From: Tilletiaria anomala UBC 951
Lineage: Eukaryota
Length of the DNA stretch: 64,000 nucleotides
Assembly: GCF_000711695.1 (NCBI RefSeq)
Contig: NW_013547021.1
Span: 248,001 to 312,000, forward strand
Direction: 5' to 3'
How positions within the stretch are numbered: position 1 is the stretch's first letter; each line of letters starts with the position of its first letter. The notes beneath the pieces were generated by a model. The model made no database searches. It was not told the origin of the DNA and was given only the letters and a program-made list of their open reading frames with translations. The translations under genes were made by a program, and so were the position numbers. Shown in pieces: positions 36,684 to 49,468 of the stretch.

Positions 36684-39600
36684 ATGACGATGCATCTCGA
36701 GCCGGCGCCGGAGCTGCGTCTGGCCCAGCACGAGGCGAGCGCGATTGCGTACGAGTCCGGCTCGTGCCAGCGCCAGCACACCCGACCTTCTGTGTCGCAG
36801 ATCTACAGCGAGGCGCCGAGTCCGAGTGACACGCGGCACGATTGGCAGCACAGTACAAGCCGTAGCACGACACCCAGTGGCGACGGCGACGGGGATGATG
36901 CGCCGGAAGATACTCTCACATTCGCCCTGACTCTTGCACCTTTGCACGCGGGCCAGCCACTGAACGGCAGACCGATGCCCATGACCGCCATGGGCCTTGG
37001 CGGCTTTGGCGCGCGCGTTGCTGGCGGGAGTGCTCTGCTGTGGCACGGTGCGGAAGAAGAAGAAGAGGAGGAGGCGGACATCGACTACTTTCTGGCTGCC
37101 CCGAGGTCAGACCCGAGCAAGCAGTCCGCCGAGCAGGCGGCCAGGACGCGGCCCTCCACATCCTTACCTGAACCGACATGCACGCCAGCCGCGACCCGTA
37201 CCACCGGCGGCCAACGTCCGCGGGCGCCACTCACGCGCAGGAGCGAAGGCGCACGCGAAAAGGACCGATCCAGCAAGAAGCTTGCGTCGCTCAAAAAGAT
37301 CCTCGGTAGCAGCAACAGCGCTGGAAGCAGCAGCAGCGCTAGGCACAAGTGCGCCGCCCAGCCTGACCCATCGCCGAAGCCAGCTATTGGTGGGCGTCCG
37401 CATCCCGCTGCGTGCATGGCTGGCGCTGCCAGCGCTGCAGGGCTCTATCACGCACTGCCATCCTCTTCCCCTTCCCCTTCGCCCACTCCTTACTCGGTCG
37501 GAGCCACCTCCCCCGCGCCGAGCAGCAGCATCCATTTGCGCCTCGCGAGCGGCCTCGAGTCCGAATTATACCCACCATCAACTGCTGCTGCTGCTTGGGC
37601 GCCGACACTTGCATCGTATAGCGCTTACGGCTACCGTGACAGCTATCCTTGCGGCCATGGCCCCGGCCGGCCCGGCTTCGACCGCGACCGCGAACGCGAA
37701 CGCGAGCGCAAGCGCGCGCGCGAACGCTCAGGATCCGGCTCCATCGGTGCGACGACGATCACGACGATGACGACAACGATGACGACGTCGTCGTCGTTGT
37801 CCGGCTCGTCCTCGAGCGTCCGCTCGCCCTTGACACCCGCGTCAACGAATCGTGGCGGTGGCAGAGGGGGCGACAGTGAGCGCGGCACAACACCGCTATC
37901 GGAGATCGACGGGTTTGTGTTCCAGCTCGGTGGGCCACGCGCTGGTGCAGGCGGGCCTGCGGGCCTGTGGCAGTTGCAAGACCACACGCTCAAGATGAGC
38001 CCAACGCAGCAGCCCGCCACCACTACACCTGTCGAGCAGCGCGAAGGCAAGAACAGCGGCAAGAAGACGTGGTTCGGGCGCAAATCCAAACATGCTGCTG
38101 CACCCGCTGCCGTCGCCATCCCTGCGCTTCCTGCGTCTATGCACATGCCTCTGCCGCCTCGTCCGGCAACCAGTGCTGGCGCTGGTGCCACGGCGGGCTG
38201 GAGCGCAGCAGCAAGGCCTGCTCGCGGCAAAAGCAGCCTTTATCCGCCATCTTCTTTTCTCCCTTTCGCGAACAGCGTTGCCGGCTCAGATGCCAGCGGC
38301 AAAGGAAGCATCAAGTCCAGCGTACGCGAGCAGCGCGACCGCTCCAAGTCGAACCAAGGCAGTGTCGTTAGCAGCACGCCGCCAAGCAGCTTCGTGCATT
38401 TCCCTCTGCACGATCGTCAACTGCAGGCGTCGCGGGGTATTTTGCAGGCACACGACGTGCCCGCCACCGTCAGCGGCGGCAGCATGCACAGCCGCCCGGC
38501 CGCGATGAGCACGCGCACACGTACGCAGTCCGAGCAGACGTTGCTGATGTCCGTCCGGCTTTCTCCCAAAGCCACGTTCGCGGCTGGAACAGGCGCAGGC
38601 GCACCGCCGCCGTCGTCTCCGCGTCTGCAACGCGCTCGGCGTCGTGGCATGGTGCTGTGGCGCGGAATCTTCGACGGCAGCCTCGACGGAGTCGTCAGTG
38701 GCAGCGCGGGAGCGGGCACAGGTGCAGATGGCAATGGGAGGATCTGCATGCCTGCTCAACTGACAGAACTGACGCGTGCAGACTACATGTTGCTGTACAG
38801 CTTGGGTGTCTTTGACCTCAACGACCCTCCAATGCTGACGTCACGATCGGCTTCTGGCTACAACGATGCAGATGCTGGCCTTGGTGCTGGCGCTTTTGCT
38901 CACCAGACCACGATGGTGCAACAGTCGAACCTCTTCAAACCTCTCCCCGGCGTCCCTGCTTTGATGGGATGGATTGAAGGCGTCAACCTCAATGCTGGCG
39001 CCGCGCAGGACTGTCACGGTTGCGAGCCCGATCATGACAACGGCAACGACGGCTACAGTGACAATACAGATGACTCTGGCGCCGAGACTGCTGGCGCAGT
39101 GCGCCGTCCATCAACCTCAAGCGCTCTAGATGCCGATGCGCTCAGTGGCGCCTTTGACGTCTTCCCGCAGCCTCCGTCGCGCCTCAGGCGCTTTCCATCG
39201 GCCAACAGGGCGAACGGCCTCACTAGCGGGCACACACATGCGCACGCAACGATGCATCTGCCTTCGCATCTCTGTTCTCGCGCGCACGTGCCTTCGTCGT
39301 CGCTCGACGACGCCGCCGCGTCGTCTTTGCGGCAGCAGACCCGAGTGTCGAACGCTTTCGCTATGCAGCTGCTCACGGAAGCGGCACGCGAGCTTGTGCC
39401 GCCGCAGCAGTGGGCGAGCGCGAACGCCGCCCACGAAGCCGAAGATGGTGCCGCGGCCCTCGCCGCTTTCGAGGACCCTGGCGCGTCGCCACTGGTAGCG
39501 GCGCACCGCAGGCATATCGAGGCGATCGTCAGGCTGACTTGGCAAGGCTCCAGAACGGGACAGTCGGACGCGCAAGATGCACAGGATGATGACGTGCAAG

Positions 39601-41446
39601 GGTCTCGTGCCACGGCTGTCTGGGAGGTATCCACGTCTGATGACTCGCAAGGTCCAACTTACGCCCCGCGTGCGGCTCAGATGTTCGAGCCTATCGAAGG
39701 CGGCCTGGCTGCGCCCTTTCCCATGTGGGTAGATGCTGACGTCTCGATTTGCTTGGTTTCTGAACGTCGGCTGATACGCTCTTCCTCCCGCTTTTTGCTT
39801 CTGACCAACAGTTTTGAGCGCCGAAGGCAAGCTGCAATGCACTCCAATCGCGTCTTAATGGAGCTTGCAGATGCGACTCTGCAGCGGCAATGCGTGCAAC
39901 CCGGGCGCAAGGCCCAGCCGAATTTTGGCAGTCAAGCGATCGGTCTCTCACTGCAGGAGGAGCTGGGCGAAAATAACGCGCGACAGGATCATGACGGTCT
40001 CGCCTCCTCGTTGAAGTTCGTCCTGACGCAGCTGGAGCAGGCGGTTCCCGACTGTCACGCTCAGCTCTGCCTGCTGGACGAGGTAAACGTTGTCGTCCTT
40101 GCGCAAGGAGCAAGAGCTGCCGTCGATGGTGTGCCTACTGTGCGGGCACGCGTTCGAAGCTTGGAGGCGCACAGCTTGCTTAATCGCAACGAGGGCCTAC
40201 TCATCTTGAACAGCGGTGCAGACTTCCGATTCGCCGCTGCCCTCCAAGGTGACCACAAGAACGATAATATGCCCGTCTTCTTCGCCGCGCTGCCCGTCCT
40301 GAGCGCTGCCGGGATGCCCATAGCCTTCGTCACGCTCTCCTCAGCTAGAATCATGGACGACTGGTCGGCTGCTTGCGCTTCGCTGTTCGAACAGTGCACG
40401 ATCGTCATTGCGAGTGCAATCGAGGCCGCTCACCGCAAGCAACTCGCGGCCGAGGGTGAGCGCTTACAAGAAGGTGAGCATGGCAGCGCATCCGTCAGTC
40501 CGGTGCTCCATTCAGCGAGCTCTCATACTGAATATCCCGAGTTTCGGTCGGGTACACGTCCACAGAATTCAAGGCATTACAAAGGCATATCATAGCGCTC
40601 GGATTTAAACGCGCAGAAGACCTGGATTCGTCGCCCAAGCCGGCTCATCTGCTGCGCTGTCAGCCGAGCGACGGGCTTGCCGTAGCTGAGAGTCTCGAGG
40701 AAGAAGCACAGCAGGTGCTCCAAAAGGAGGTGCTTGTCGAGATTCTTCAAGACTCACTGCTGACGTCCAGGATGGACATTGAAGGCCAGTTGCTCCCGGC
40801 TCTCTTCAACGCTCTCGTGAGACACGTTCATCAGGGCCTGCACAGTTCTCTGACTTACCTTGTGCGCAAGAGCGAATCGGCAGCCGCACACAGCGTCGAC
40901 GATGCCGTTTCAGAAGAGCACCAGCGTTGTAGCATTGTCGCCAGCCAAGGCTTGCCGTCGCGGGTCCCGCAAGACGTCAGCTTCGATGAGCCATGCCACA
41001 ATATGAGGGTCGGAGCAGCTCCAGCCGTATACTCTGGCATTTCAATCTTACCGTCCAAATGCGCATGCGATACGCTGCCGTGGTGGGTCTTTGATGACAA
41101 CCGGCAGCTCTACAAAGCGGGCTGCATGGTCCACGGTGGCAGCCTAGGTCCACATACCTATACTCTCGTTGCGCTGTTCGAGAGGGGCGCACACATTGTC
41201 TCGGCTTCGGGTGCGTAGTGTGTGTCCACGTTATACGACCGGCCGCCGAGATACTGACTTTGTATCCGTATCACTGTGTTTTCAGAACAATCGTACTTTG
41301 CAGCAGCCGCATCTACGCTCAGCACATGTCTCATGCAGGTCGCCGAGCTCTCTTCGCAAAGCAAGTCATCCATATCGCAAGCATCACAACATCGCATTTC
41401 CAGCAAACTCAAGCAGTCATCGCATGGGCTAGGCATCCAGGCGTGA
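36684..41446 (+). CDS. Large protein with low-complexity N-terminus and C-terminal GAF-like domain(s)
   Basis: 1303-codon ORF extended by splicing (introns 39725-39811 in-frame, 40474-40565, 41211-41285; stop TGA 41444-41446). GAF-like features: AAPFP.FERRRQAAM, RSLEAHSLLNRNEGLLILNSGADFRF, FFAALPVLSAAGMPIAFVTL. Confidence 0.7.
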
Positions 41447-41728
41447 GGTTTTCAAGTCCTCAGGCCGCAAGGGACCACCTGCATATCTGTTATTTCGCAT
41501 CATATTTTGATGTTCAAGCATGTTTCTCACAATCCAGGGTCGCAAATTCTGTCAAAGCCATCTAGTCATCAATCTCAGCCGATAGGCATTCGTCACGTCC
41601 ACTTCATCCGGCCCCTCGCATCAATCGAAATTCTTCTTTGCTATGCATTGAACAATGGTATCGAAGCTTGTAGCTGATGAAATGGGTAGTGTACAAATGA
41701 AATAAAGCATTTCGTTCAAAATATATTA

Positions 41729-44700
41729 TCATGAATGCATATGCTGTTCGTAATCATCTATGCCTCGACGGAAATTTGAAGGCTGTGAGCGCGCAAGCGT
41801 TGCAGCGGGGGTGTATCGTGGCATCGAGTAGAGTCCGTGCTGTGGCGCATTCTCCGTTGTGGGCTTCTTTTCGTCATCTTGATGCTCCGCCTTAGGTTTT
41901 GCGCGTCTGCGCCTCAGAGTACCTTCATAATCCTGCTTTTTGTCCATCAGGCAGTACTCGCGGTCAACGCCGCCGCGCACAGCTTCCTTTGCAGCTTCGC
42001 CTTTGCTGTTGCTCCATGGCGGCGTCGCCTTGGCGTCTGGGCCTTCGATCTGCAATTCAGCCATGATCTGCTTGAAGCGGCAGAGCCACATGTTGCGGCG
42101 CTGCGCCTTGAGCAGGTGGTCCTGGAAATTGCTTTTGTACCGGATGCCGACGCTGACCGACATGCTTCCCTGAGCCTTCATGTCGAGGATCTGGATGTCC
42201 AAGCCGGGCAAGAAGTCTCGGTCCTGCTCAGCGAGCCACAGAAGCATCTTGGCGCGCAGATTCTCGAGCTGTTGGTACGTCGTGGCGTAAGAGATTTCCA
42301 ACTGGAACTTTTCGATCGTCGGCCCACTGCGCCGCGTGTTGACGATGCCATTGCTGCTGGCGAGCTTGGCGTTGCTGATCTGAAAATATTCGCCTGCCAT
42401 CGTGCGGAAGATGGTGGAGAGGAGTTTCATCTCTTCGACAATGAAGTCTGCCTTCAGGTCGACAATCGTGACAAGGTCGCCGACGTCGTATGGGTGCTTG
42501 ATGAAGAGGAAGACGATGGCTGTGAGCAGCTCTTGCGCACCGCCCGAGATTAGCCACGATAGTCCGAGCAAGGCGGTGCCAAATGAGGCGATCAGGTTAG
42601 CAAACTTGACCGAGAGAAGCGCAGCAATGATCGTCAGACTGATAACAACGAAGCAGGACTGGGAGGCAGAGGGGAGGTGTAAGCATGTAGTTGCTCGTAG
42701 CTCCTGCGCGCTCGTTGGCAATCTCACCATGAACATGCTGTCGAGCGTGGCAACAGCCGAGTCGATATCGCGAACGCTGTTGATGACGCTCATGCGCTCC
42801 GTGCGGATCTCCAAACACGCTGCCTCCATTTCCTCTTCAAGCAAGTCACCATTCCCATCACAGTCGAAGATGGCCCAAGCGGCCTGAGAGAAGGACTCCT
42901 CGCCGAGAACGGCGGCAAAGTCAACGAAGCGCACAACGAGGCGGTCCGACTTGTCGCGCCTGGCAAACGAATAGAAGAGCCGCTTGGCGAGGTGGCGCGT
43001 CTGCTCCGCGTCGCCAAGCGCGGCGAGGACAATGCGCTGCGCCGCGTTGGGCAGCGCGATGACCTGCACAGCCATATCAGCTGCTGCGGCCGCGAGGGCA
43101 TTGTTGCGCGGCTTGCTGCTGTCCGCGCGTCGGTGAAATTGCCTGAACATGCCTGTGCGGCTTTTGATCGACGAACCCAGGCTGGTGTCCAGCGCTGTGG
43201 CCTCGGTGCCTTCCAGCCCGCTTGAGGCGCTGGCCACGGCACCTCCGCCGCCACCAGTGCGAAGCCTAGAGTCAACGAACAACTGGGCCATCTGCATCTC
43301 CGCGTCGAGCTCGATGCCCTCCTGCGTCAGATCACGGCGGGAGTGCTCAAAGAGCAGCGTGAGGACTCGGATATGGAGCTTGCACTCTGCGATGCGTGAG
43401 GCGTACGAAACCTGGTGGAAGGTGTACGCGATAATCTGGATCGAGAGCTTTTCGAGCAGGAGGAGCGTTGCGCAGATGGAGAGGCCGAGCAGGAAGCGGC
43501 TCGCCGCGATCATCGAGCTGGCCTGTGACGCGGTGTTCGCGGCCGGTGCCGTCATAGGGGCGGTGACGGTGGTGGTGGTGTTCCCGTTGACGGGCGAAAG
43601 GAGCTGCTGTGCGGGGCCCTGGAAGTGACTCCATATAAACGCAAGCCATGTGATGTATACGATGAGCGTCCAGACGAAGAAAGCGCTGTAATCCTGTATG
43701 GCGACGAGGTACGCGATCCAGTGGCGCGACGCGAGGCTGATGGCGCCAACGGTGCGGCGCAATACACGCGGGACGAGGCGACCCGAGGCGCGGCAGGCGA
43801 ACCAGGATAGCCAGATGGTGGAGAGCCAGATGGACCACCAGGTCAGCCCGACCTGCGCAACGGCCGGGTGGTCGAGCGAGCGCGACGCGATCAGCCCGAC
43901 CGTCCCCGGGATCCACAGCATGGCTGCAACGAGCAGTACGAACAGCAGCCCGCGAATGCGCGCCGGCGCGCCGGTCAGACAACCGCGCATAAAGGATGGC
44001 TGGCAAGGACAAGGGAAGGCAGCGTGGTCTTTGGGGTCAGCGTGCAGACAACTGTTCTCTCCCAAGTTCCGCTAGGCTATCGCACTCTTGTGGACACCCT
44101 ACTCACAGTGGACGGCAGCAGCGGCTTTCTCCTTTTGAGGCGCGGCGCCGGCGCGGGTCCTTGGCGCTGAGCGAGGTTCTTGAGCTCCTCGTCATCGTCG
44201 TCCGCGTTTCCCGCGGCCATATACATGTAGGGGTCCTTGTCCACCGCGCCTCCGGCAGCCTCGTCGGGGAGCTTGCTTAGCTTCCATGTCTCCACGCCGG
44301 TGTCGGCGTACAGAAAGTTGTGCCATGCGTTGTCCTTGTGGTACAGATCGTCTGCACCCAGCTGCTGCCGGTCAACCGGCGTGCCATCAGCCATGTGCAA
44401 TCCAGACGGCACTGCAGCGGCCGATGTGGGTGCGTACGACGGTTCGCCGTACGCTTGTCTGTAGCCACGGGTATCCTTGAACGATGGCAGCGGCCGCAGC
44501 GGCTCTCCAGGTCTGATCGCTGCGGCGGCGTACCGTGGCGACGCGGACGACGCTGCTGCGTTTTGCGAGTAGCGCCTGGACTCTGCGGCGCCACCGCCGT
44601 AGCTGCCACCGGCGCCGGACGTGACCGGGGTGCCAGCGCGCGTGCGCACCGTGTCGGCCGTGCCGGCCGTCGCAACGCTCGTGACGGACGCTGATTCGCT

Positions 44701-44970
44701 CCACGTGGAGGTGAAGGCGGAGAAAGTGGGAGACGCGGCTGGTGCTGGTGCTGCGGACGCGGAGTGCGGTAGCGGACGCGGACAGCTCGGGCCTGCGTGC
44801 GATGCGGATGTCAGGCTTGACGAGGCGGCGGCGCAGTCAAAGGACCGGCGGCGCGAGCCCGAGGGCAAACCTGTTCGTAGTAGGTGTTGTTCCCGCTGCT
44901 GCTGGCCGGGCAACGGCAACGGCAAAGGCGATGCGGTGGGCAAAGCCGGCGGCCAGCGTGCGTTGAACAT
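41729..44970 (-). CDS. MscS-family mechanosensitive channel with EF-hand (Msy1/Msy2-like)
   Basis: Several TM segments; LLLEKLSIQIIAYTFHQVSYASRI; EF-hand AWAIFDCDGNGDLLEEEM; IVFLFIKHPYDVGDLV, VEEMKLLSTIF, NTRRSG (MscS core); introns 44000-44107 and 42659-42727. Start MFNARW at 44970 is likely; an upstream ATG lies at 45135. Confidence 0.9.
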
Positions 44971-45757
44971 GTTTGTCCGACGGTGATCTGGCACGACGTG
45001 TGTGTTCTGTATAGAAATAGGCGATCCGATGTTGCACACAACTGTGCATCGACGACCGCTCGTGCCTGCTGCTTTTGTGGGAGGCAAAGCGGGCTGCCGT
45101 GCACTGTCGTCTATCCCGCCCGAAGCCGTTTTCATGTATGCCGAGCAGTGTGATGCTCAAAGGGTATCAAAGGCGGATCGCGGCTGGGGTGTGCGATGAG
45201 CAAGAAGCACTGTATCCAAACGCAGACAGCACCGACCGACGGACACTCGCTCCTTCGCCACAACAGCTGCCGGTTGCGGTGCGGGTGGGGTCAACGATGA
45301 GAGCAGATCTAACCAACTAACCAACCCTCTATCAGACGCAGCAGAGCCATCCAACCCCATCCAATGCATCCACAGAAACAAGAACGTAGTATGTACACGT
45401 GAGAGATATTCGCGTGTTTCTCTCCGTTTCCCCCAACCCGGTGGATTTAGCAGACAGCGGACTTTGGCGTTCACTTGGGGTGGGGGGGGAGCGCGTGGCA
45501 GCAACCCTATATACCATGCACATACCCCATCGCGATGCCCATCTCTCGTACGAGAGAGAGAGCGACTATACAACTCCTTGCCATCGTCCTCCAGACCTGG
45601 GGTTGGATGCGGGAGTATTCTCATCGCTCAGACTGCTGGCCATCGTCTGAGATGCAGCCCACATACCACACAGCACGTCCTACCACCAACACCATCCACG
45701 CTCATCCCTGGCCCTTCCGTCCGGCAGCTGCACGCGCCGCATGGCCAGCACGATAAC

Positions 45758-48700
45758 ATGACTGTCGACCCCCCGCCGCCCCAGCAGCAGCCCGTGGCTG
45801 TCGGCGTCGGCGATGCTGTGCCCGCAACAGTAGCAGCAACAGCACCCGCACTGGACGCCGAAGAAGGCCAGAAAACCAAGGCCGACACGGCAGGGCAAGG
45901 CGTGGGCGCCAGTGCAAACACCAGCGACCGCAGAGACACCCGCCCTGGACACTCCACAGACGCGGACGGGGACACGGCGATGCAGCTCGCGCCGCTAGCC
46001 GCTGGCGGACGGCAAGACCTAAGCCAAGGCGGAGGCGAAGGCCAAGCAGCGCCAAAAGGAAATAGCGCGAATGGATCGCAAGAGCAGTCCGAACCTGCTT
46101 CAGCATCAGCACCTGCGCCGCCGCCTGGGCCCCGCACCCAGTCGGCTCCATCAGCAACGCAGCAGCACCAGCAAGCGCTGGGCGCAGGCGCCGACGATGG
46201 AGCAGCTTCAGCATTAGCACTAGCACTAGCACCAGCACCAGCACCAGCAGCGGCGGATCAGGAGCCAGTTTCAGCTCCTTCACCCGAGGAGGGAGAAGTA
46301 TCAACTTCAGCAGCGCCATCGGTGCAGCCTCCAGCTCCTCTTACGACGAATGCCGACGCTGCGACCTCCGCTGGCCATCTACACAAGGGCGACATGCCAT
46401 CTGCCCCCGCTGCAGCAGCAGCATTCGCCGTGGTGTCTGCGCAGCACGACGCACGGGTGTTGGCTGAAAAGCCGCGACAGCAGCCAGCGACAGCAACCGT
46501 AATAGCAGTTTCTTCCGATGCACCAGTCGCTCCTTCTCCCGCTCCGCCTCCTCCTACCAACGAGACGCTCGTCGCTCCCGCCCAACTGCCGCCATCATCA
46601 ATGCATGATGAGTACCAAGCAAATGGCCAGCTCGAACGACAACAGCAGGATTTACCCTTCAGCACCACAGGCGCGCCGGCGCGGCCGGGTGCCAGCGGAG
46701 ACGGCTATGTATCAGCGGATGGCGCAGCAGCGAGGGGCACAGCTGCGAAGGCGCCCGCGCGCCGGCCCGAAGCATTGCTCAAGGTGGAGCACGAGGCTGA
46801 GGCCGAGGCCAAGACTAAGGTCGAAAGCGCGCAGGTTGCTGCGAGTCAGCGAGACGGCGACTCGGGGGCAAAAAATGAAGCAGCCGGCGCGGACGCACCC
46901 ACACTCGCTGCTGCTGCAGATGTAAACGCAAACACCGACACTGCACCAGCTTCTCCACAGGAGACACTGGCCGCTAGAGGCTCAGGTGTGCAGATTGATG
47001 CGCGGCAGGACGGCATATCGCAGCTGGAACAGCCACAGCTGTCGCAGCAAGGGCTTGGCGCCCGCGCCCGCACAGGCGCAGCGGATGCGGAAACAGAGCG
47101 CACTGCCCCCGGAAGGCGCGTTGCGGGTGCTGCAGCAGCCGTCGCACCAGCGCTGGAACCGTCTCACGTGGTCTCAAGCGCGCAGGGCCCTATATTGCAG
47201 GGTGTGCGCAGCGAGCGCGGCGTCGAGCACAAGGAGCTGAAGGAGAGGGAGAATCAGAAGGAACAGGATTCGGCGCGCGAAAGGGAGCAGGCTTCTCGTG
47301 GACGCGAGAAACCGAAAGACAAGGAGCCGACCAGCCGCGAGTGGGATAGGGATGGCGATCGAAATCGCGTGCGCGAGCGTGAGCGCGACAGAGAACGCGA
47401 AAGAGAAAGAGAAAGAGAAAGAGAAAGAGAAAGAGAAAGAGAAAGGGAAAGGCAGATGAATGCGATGCGTGCGAGGAACGAAGCGCAGGCGCAGGCGGCG
47501 CTGCAGTTGCAGCGCGAGCGCGAGATCGAGGAAGCTCGCTTGCTCTGGCTGTGAGTTGGTGGACTGTTGTCTCGTAACTTTCTGCGAACGATTGCAGAAG
47601 GGCGCTAACGACTATCCTTTCCCTCTTGTTTATTCTTGTGCGCGCCTCGTCCACATCCTCACCCACATCTTATCTCACCAGCTCTCTACCAGGCAACGAT
47701 CACCCATCGTACTACTCGGACACGGACGCCTCTTCGCACGGCGGCCGTTCACGCGAATCGTCCATCTCCGAATCGGCACTGATCGACGCCGAGACGGAGC
47801 CGTACCTGCCCGCGCCCTCGCTACTCGCTGCTGTCACTGCTGTCCCTGTTCGACAGCAGCCGCAGCGCGGTGAGCATGACCTCGACGAGCAACTCGAAGA
47901 GAGCGCGACGCGCGGGTCGCTATCCGAGCCGCTGCCGCGCAGCGCGCTTGACACGGCTGGACCTGCGTCGACCCGACGTCGCGTGTGCAGGCGCGTAGAC
48001 GGCGGGAACGACTACGTGCGCGGTGCTTACAGCGGTGACGCCTTCGCCGCCGTCGATGCCGATGATGACAACAACGAAGAGCTTGACCTCGATGACGAGG
48101 GCGACGACGTTGATGACGCAGTCGATGTAGATCTAGAGGATGAGGACGAGCTCGATGCCAAGCATCAACGGCTCTTGGAGCTGCACAAATATCGCCGTGG
48201 CAACCGCGGAAACAAGCTCAAGCGCAGAGAGGGCGTGCGCTGGATGCGGACCAAGAAGCTCGGTCCTTGGACCGAGGCGAGGAACGAAAAGGAGGTGCGC
48301 CCACTTGCGTCTTCCTTCGCGCCTAGCGGGTTGCAGCAAGTTCCTCACATGCTGACCAGTTCCCTTTCCTATTATCCATTCGCAGGTCAACGACCGTATA
48401 CGCGTGCGCATCGCCGCGTTGCAGCGCGCCGGCGTGCGAGCGCTGCTGGACGCTGCGCCGGAGCCAACGCCAAGGATCATGGACCCGTCCCTGTCGGATC
48501 CACTGCCGTACGACCAGGACTCGCAGCCGGCGCTGACGTCGACGGCGCTAGCGTCGACACTGCTGCGCCCGATGCTCAACGCGCGCGCGCTGCTTGAGAG
48601 CCACACACTCAAGCACACCTTCCGCAACCCGCACATCGGTGCGCTGTCCAAGACAGCGCTGGACCTACGCGAGAGCGAGAGTGTCGTCGGCCGTGCTCTC

Positions 48701-49468
48701 GGCCGTTGCTTCGCCGCGATGGAGGGCACGACGCTCGACGCGGAGATCGCAGAGGAAGAGATGTTGCGCCAGCGCGAGGCGGCGCGCCAGGCGGCGCCAC
48801 CACCGGTCATGCCCCTCGTCATGGCAGCACCCGGGCTGGACGGTGCAGACACGAGCAGCGAGTCTGCGCGCCTGGCCATCTTTGACAACGACGTCATCCC
48901 TCCCAACCCAGAGCTCGACCCGGCATTCACGCGCCTTGACAAGCTTTTTGTCACCCCTGGTGGTCTGCCCATTCCTCTACCTGAGCCGTTGCAGCCGGGC
49001 GTCGACCCCGCGACGCAGCCGCCGCCTCCGCCGCCACAGGCTATCCTGACGGTGACGCAACAGCAGGAGGTCGTGCGCGCCGCGCTGGACTGCCTGCACG
49101 AGCTCGCGGCGGACAGCAAGGAGTATATCGAGAGGCTCGACGAGGTGCGCGAGCGCCTCGCATCCGTCAAGCAAAAGCGCAGCGTCGTTTGGCACGCGAT
49201 ACGCGTCTGGGCCCTCGCGCGCGATAAGAGGGAGCACGGATCCTGCGGCAGTGAGGAGAGCGGTGGCGAGGACGAGGGCGACGACCTCGACTACCCTGTC
49301 TCGCTGGCGCAGAGGGCACAGCTCGCGGCGCAGGAGCGCATGAACGGCGACAGCACGCCATTGCGCAAGCGTGCCGCCGCAGGCGCCGCTGCCTACCTCG
49401 CTGCTGTAGACGGACCATCTACCAGCCGTTCTGGGCCTTCTTCGAGCAAGCGATCAAGGCACGCATAG
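45758..49468 (+). CDS. RXT2: Rpd3L histone deacetylase complex subunit Rxt2-like, with long low-complexity N-terminal extension
   Basis: GNRGNKLKRREGVRWMRTKKLG and ALLESHTLKHTFRNPHIGALSKTALDL resemble the Rxt2 N domain; C-terminal coiled coil (DCLHELAADSKEYIERLDEVRERL); introns 47551-47681 and about 48294-48385 keep frame. Confidence 0.65.
47399..47440 (+). repeat. Coding hexanucleotide microsatellite (GAAAGA)7 encoding poly-ER
   Basis: Seven perfect GAAAGA units followed by GAAAGG, read directly. Confidence 0.95.

Noticed and set aside
44065..44080. Apparent stop between two MscS ORFs suggesting readthrough or frameshifting
   Set aside because: It lies inside a canonical intron (44000-44107; GTGAGT donor, GCTGAC branch, CAG acceptor).
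48133..49170. 345-aa minus-strand ORF
   Set aside because: Antisense shadow of the RXT2-like exon.
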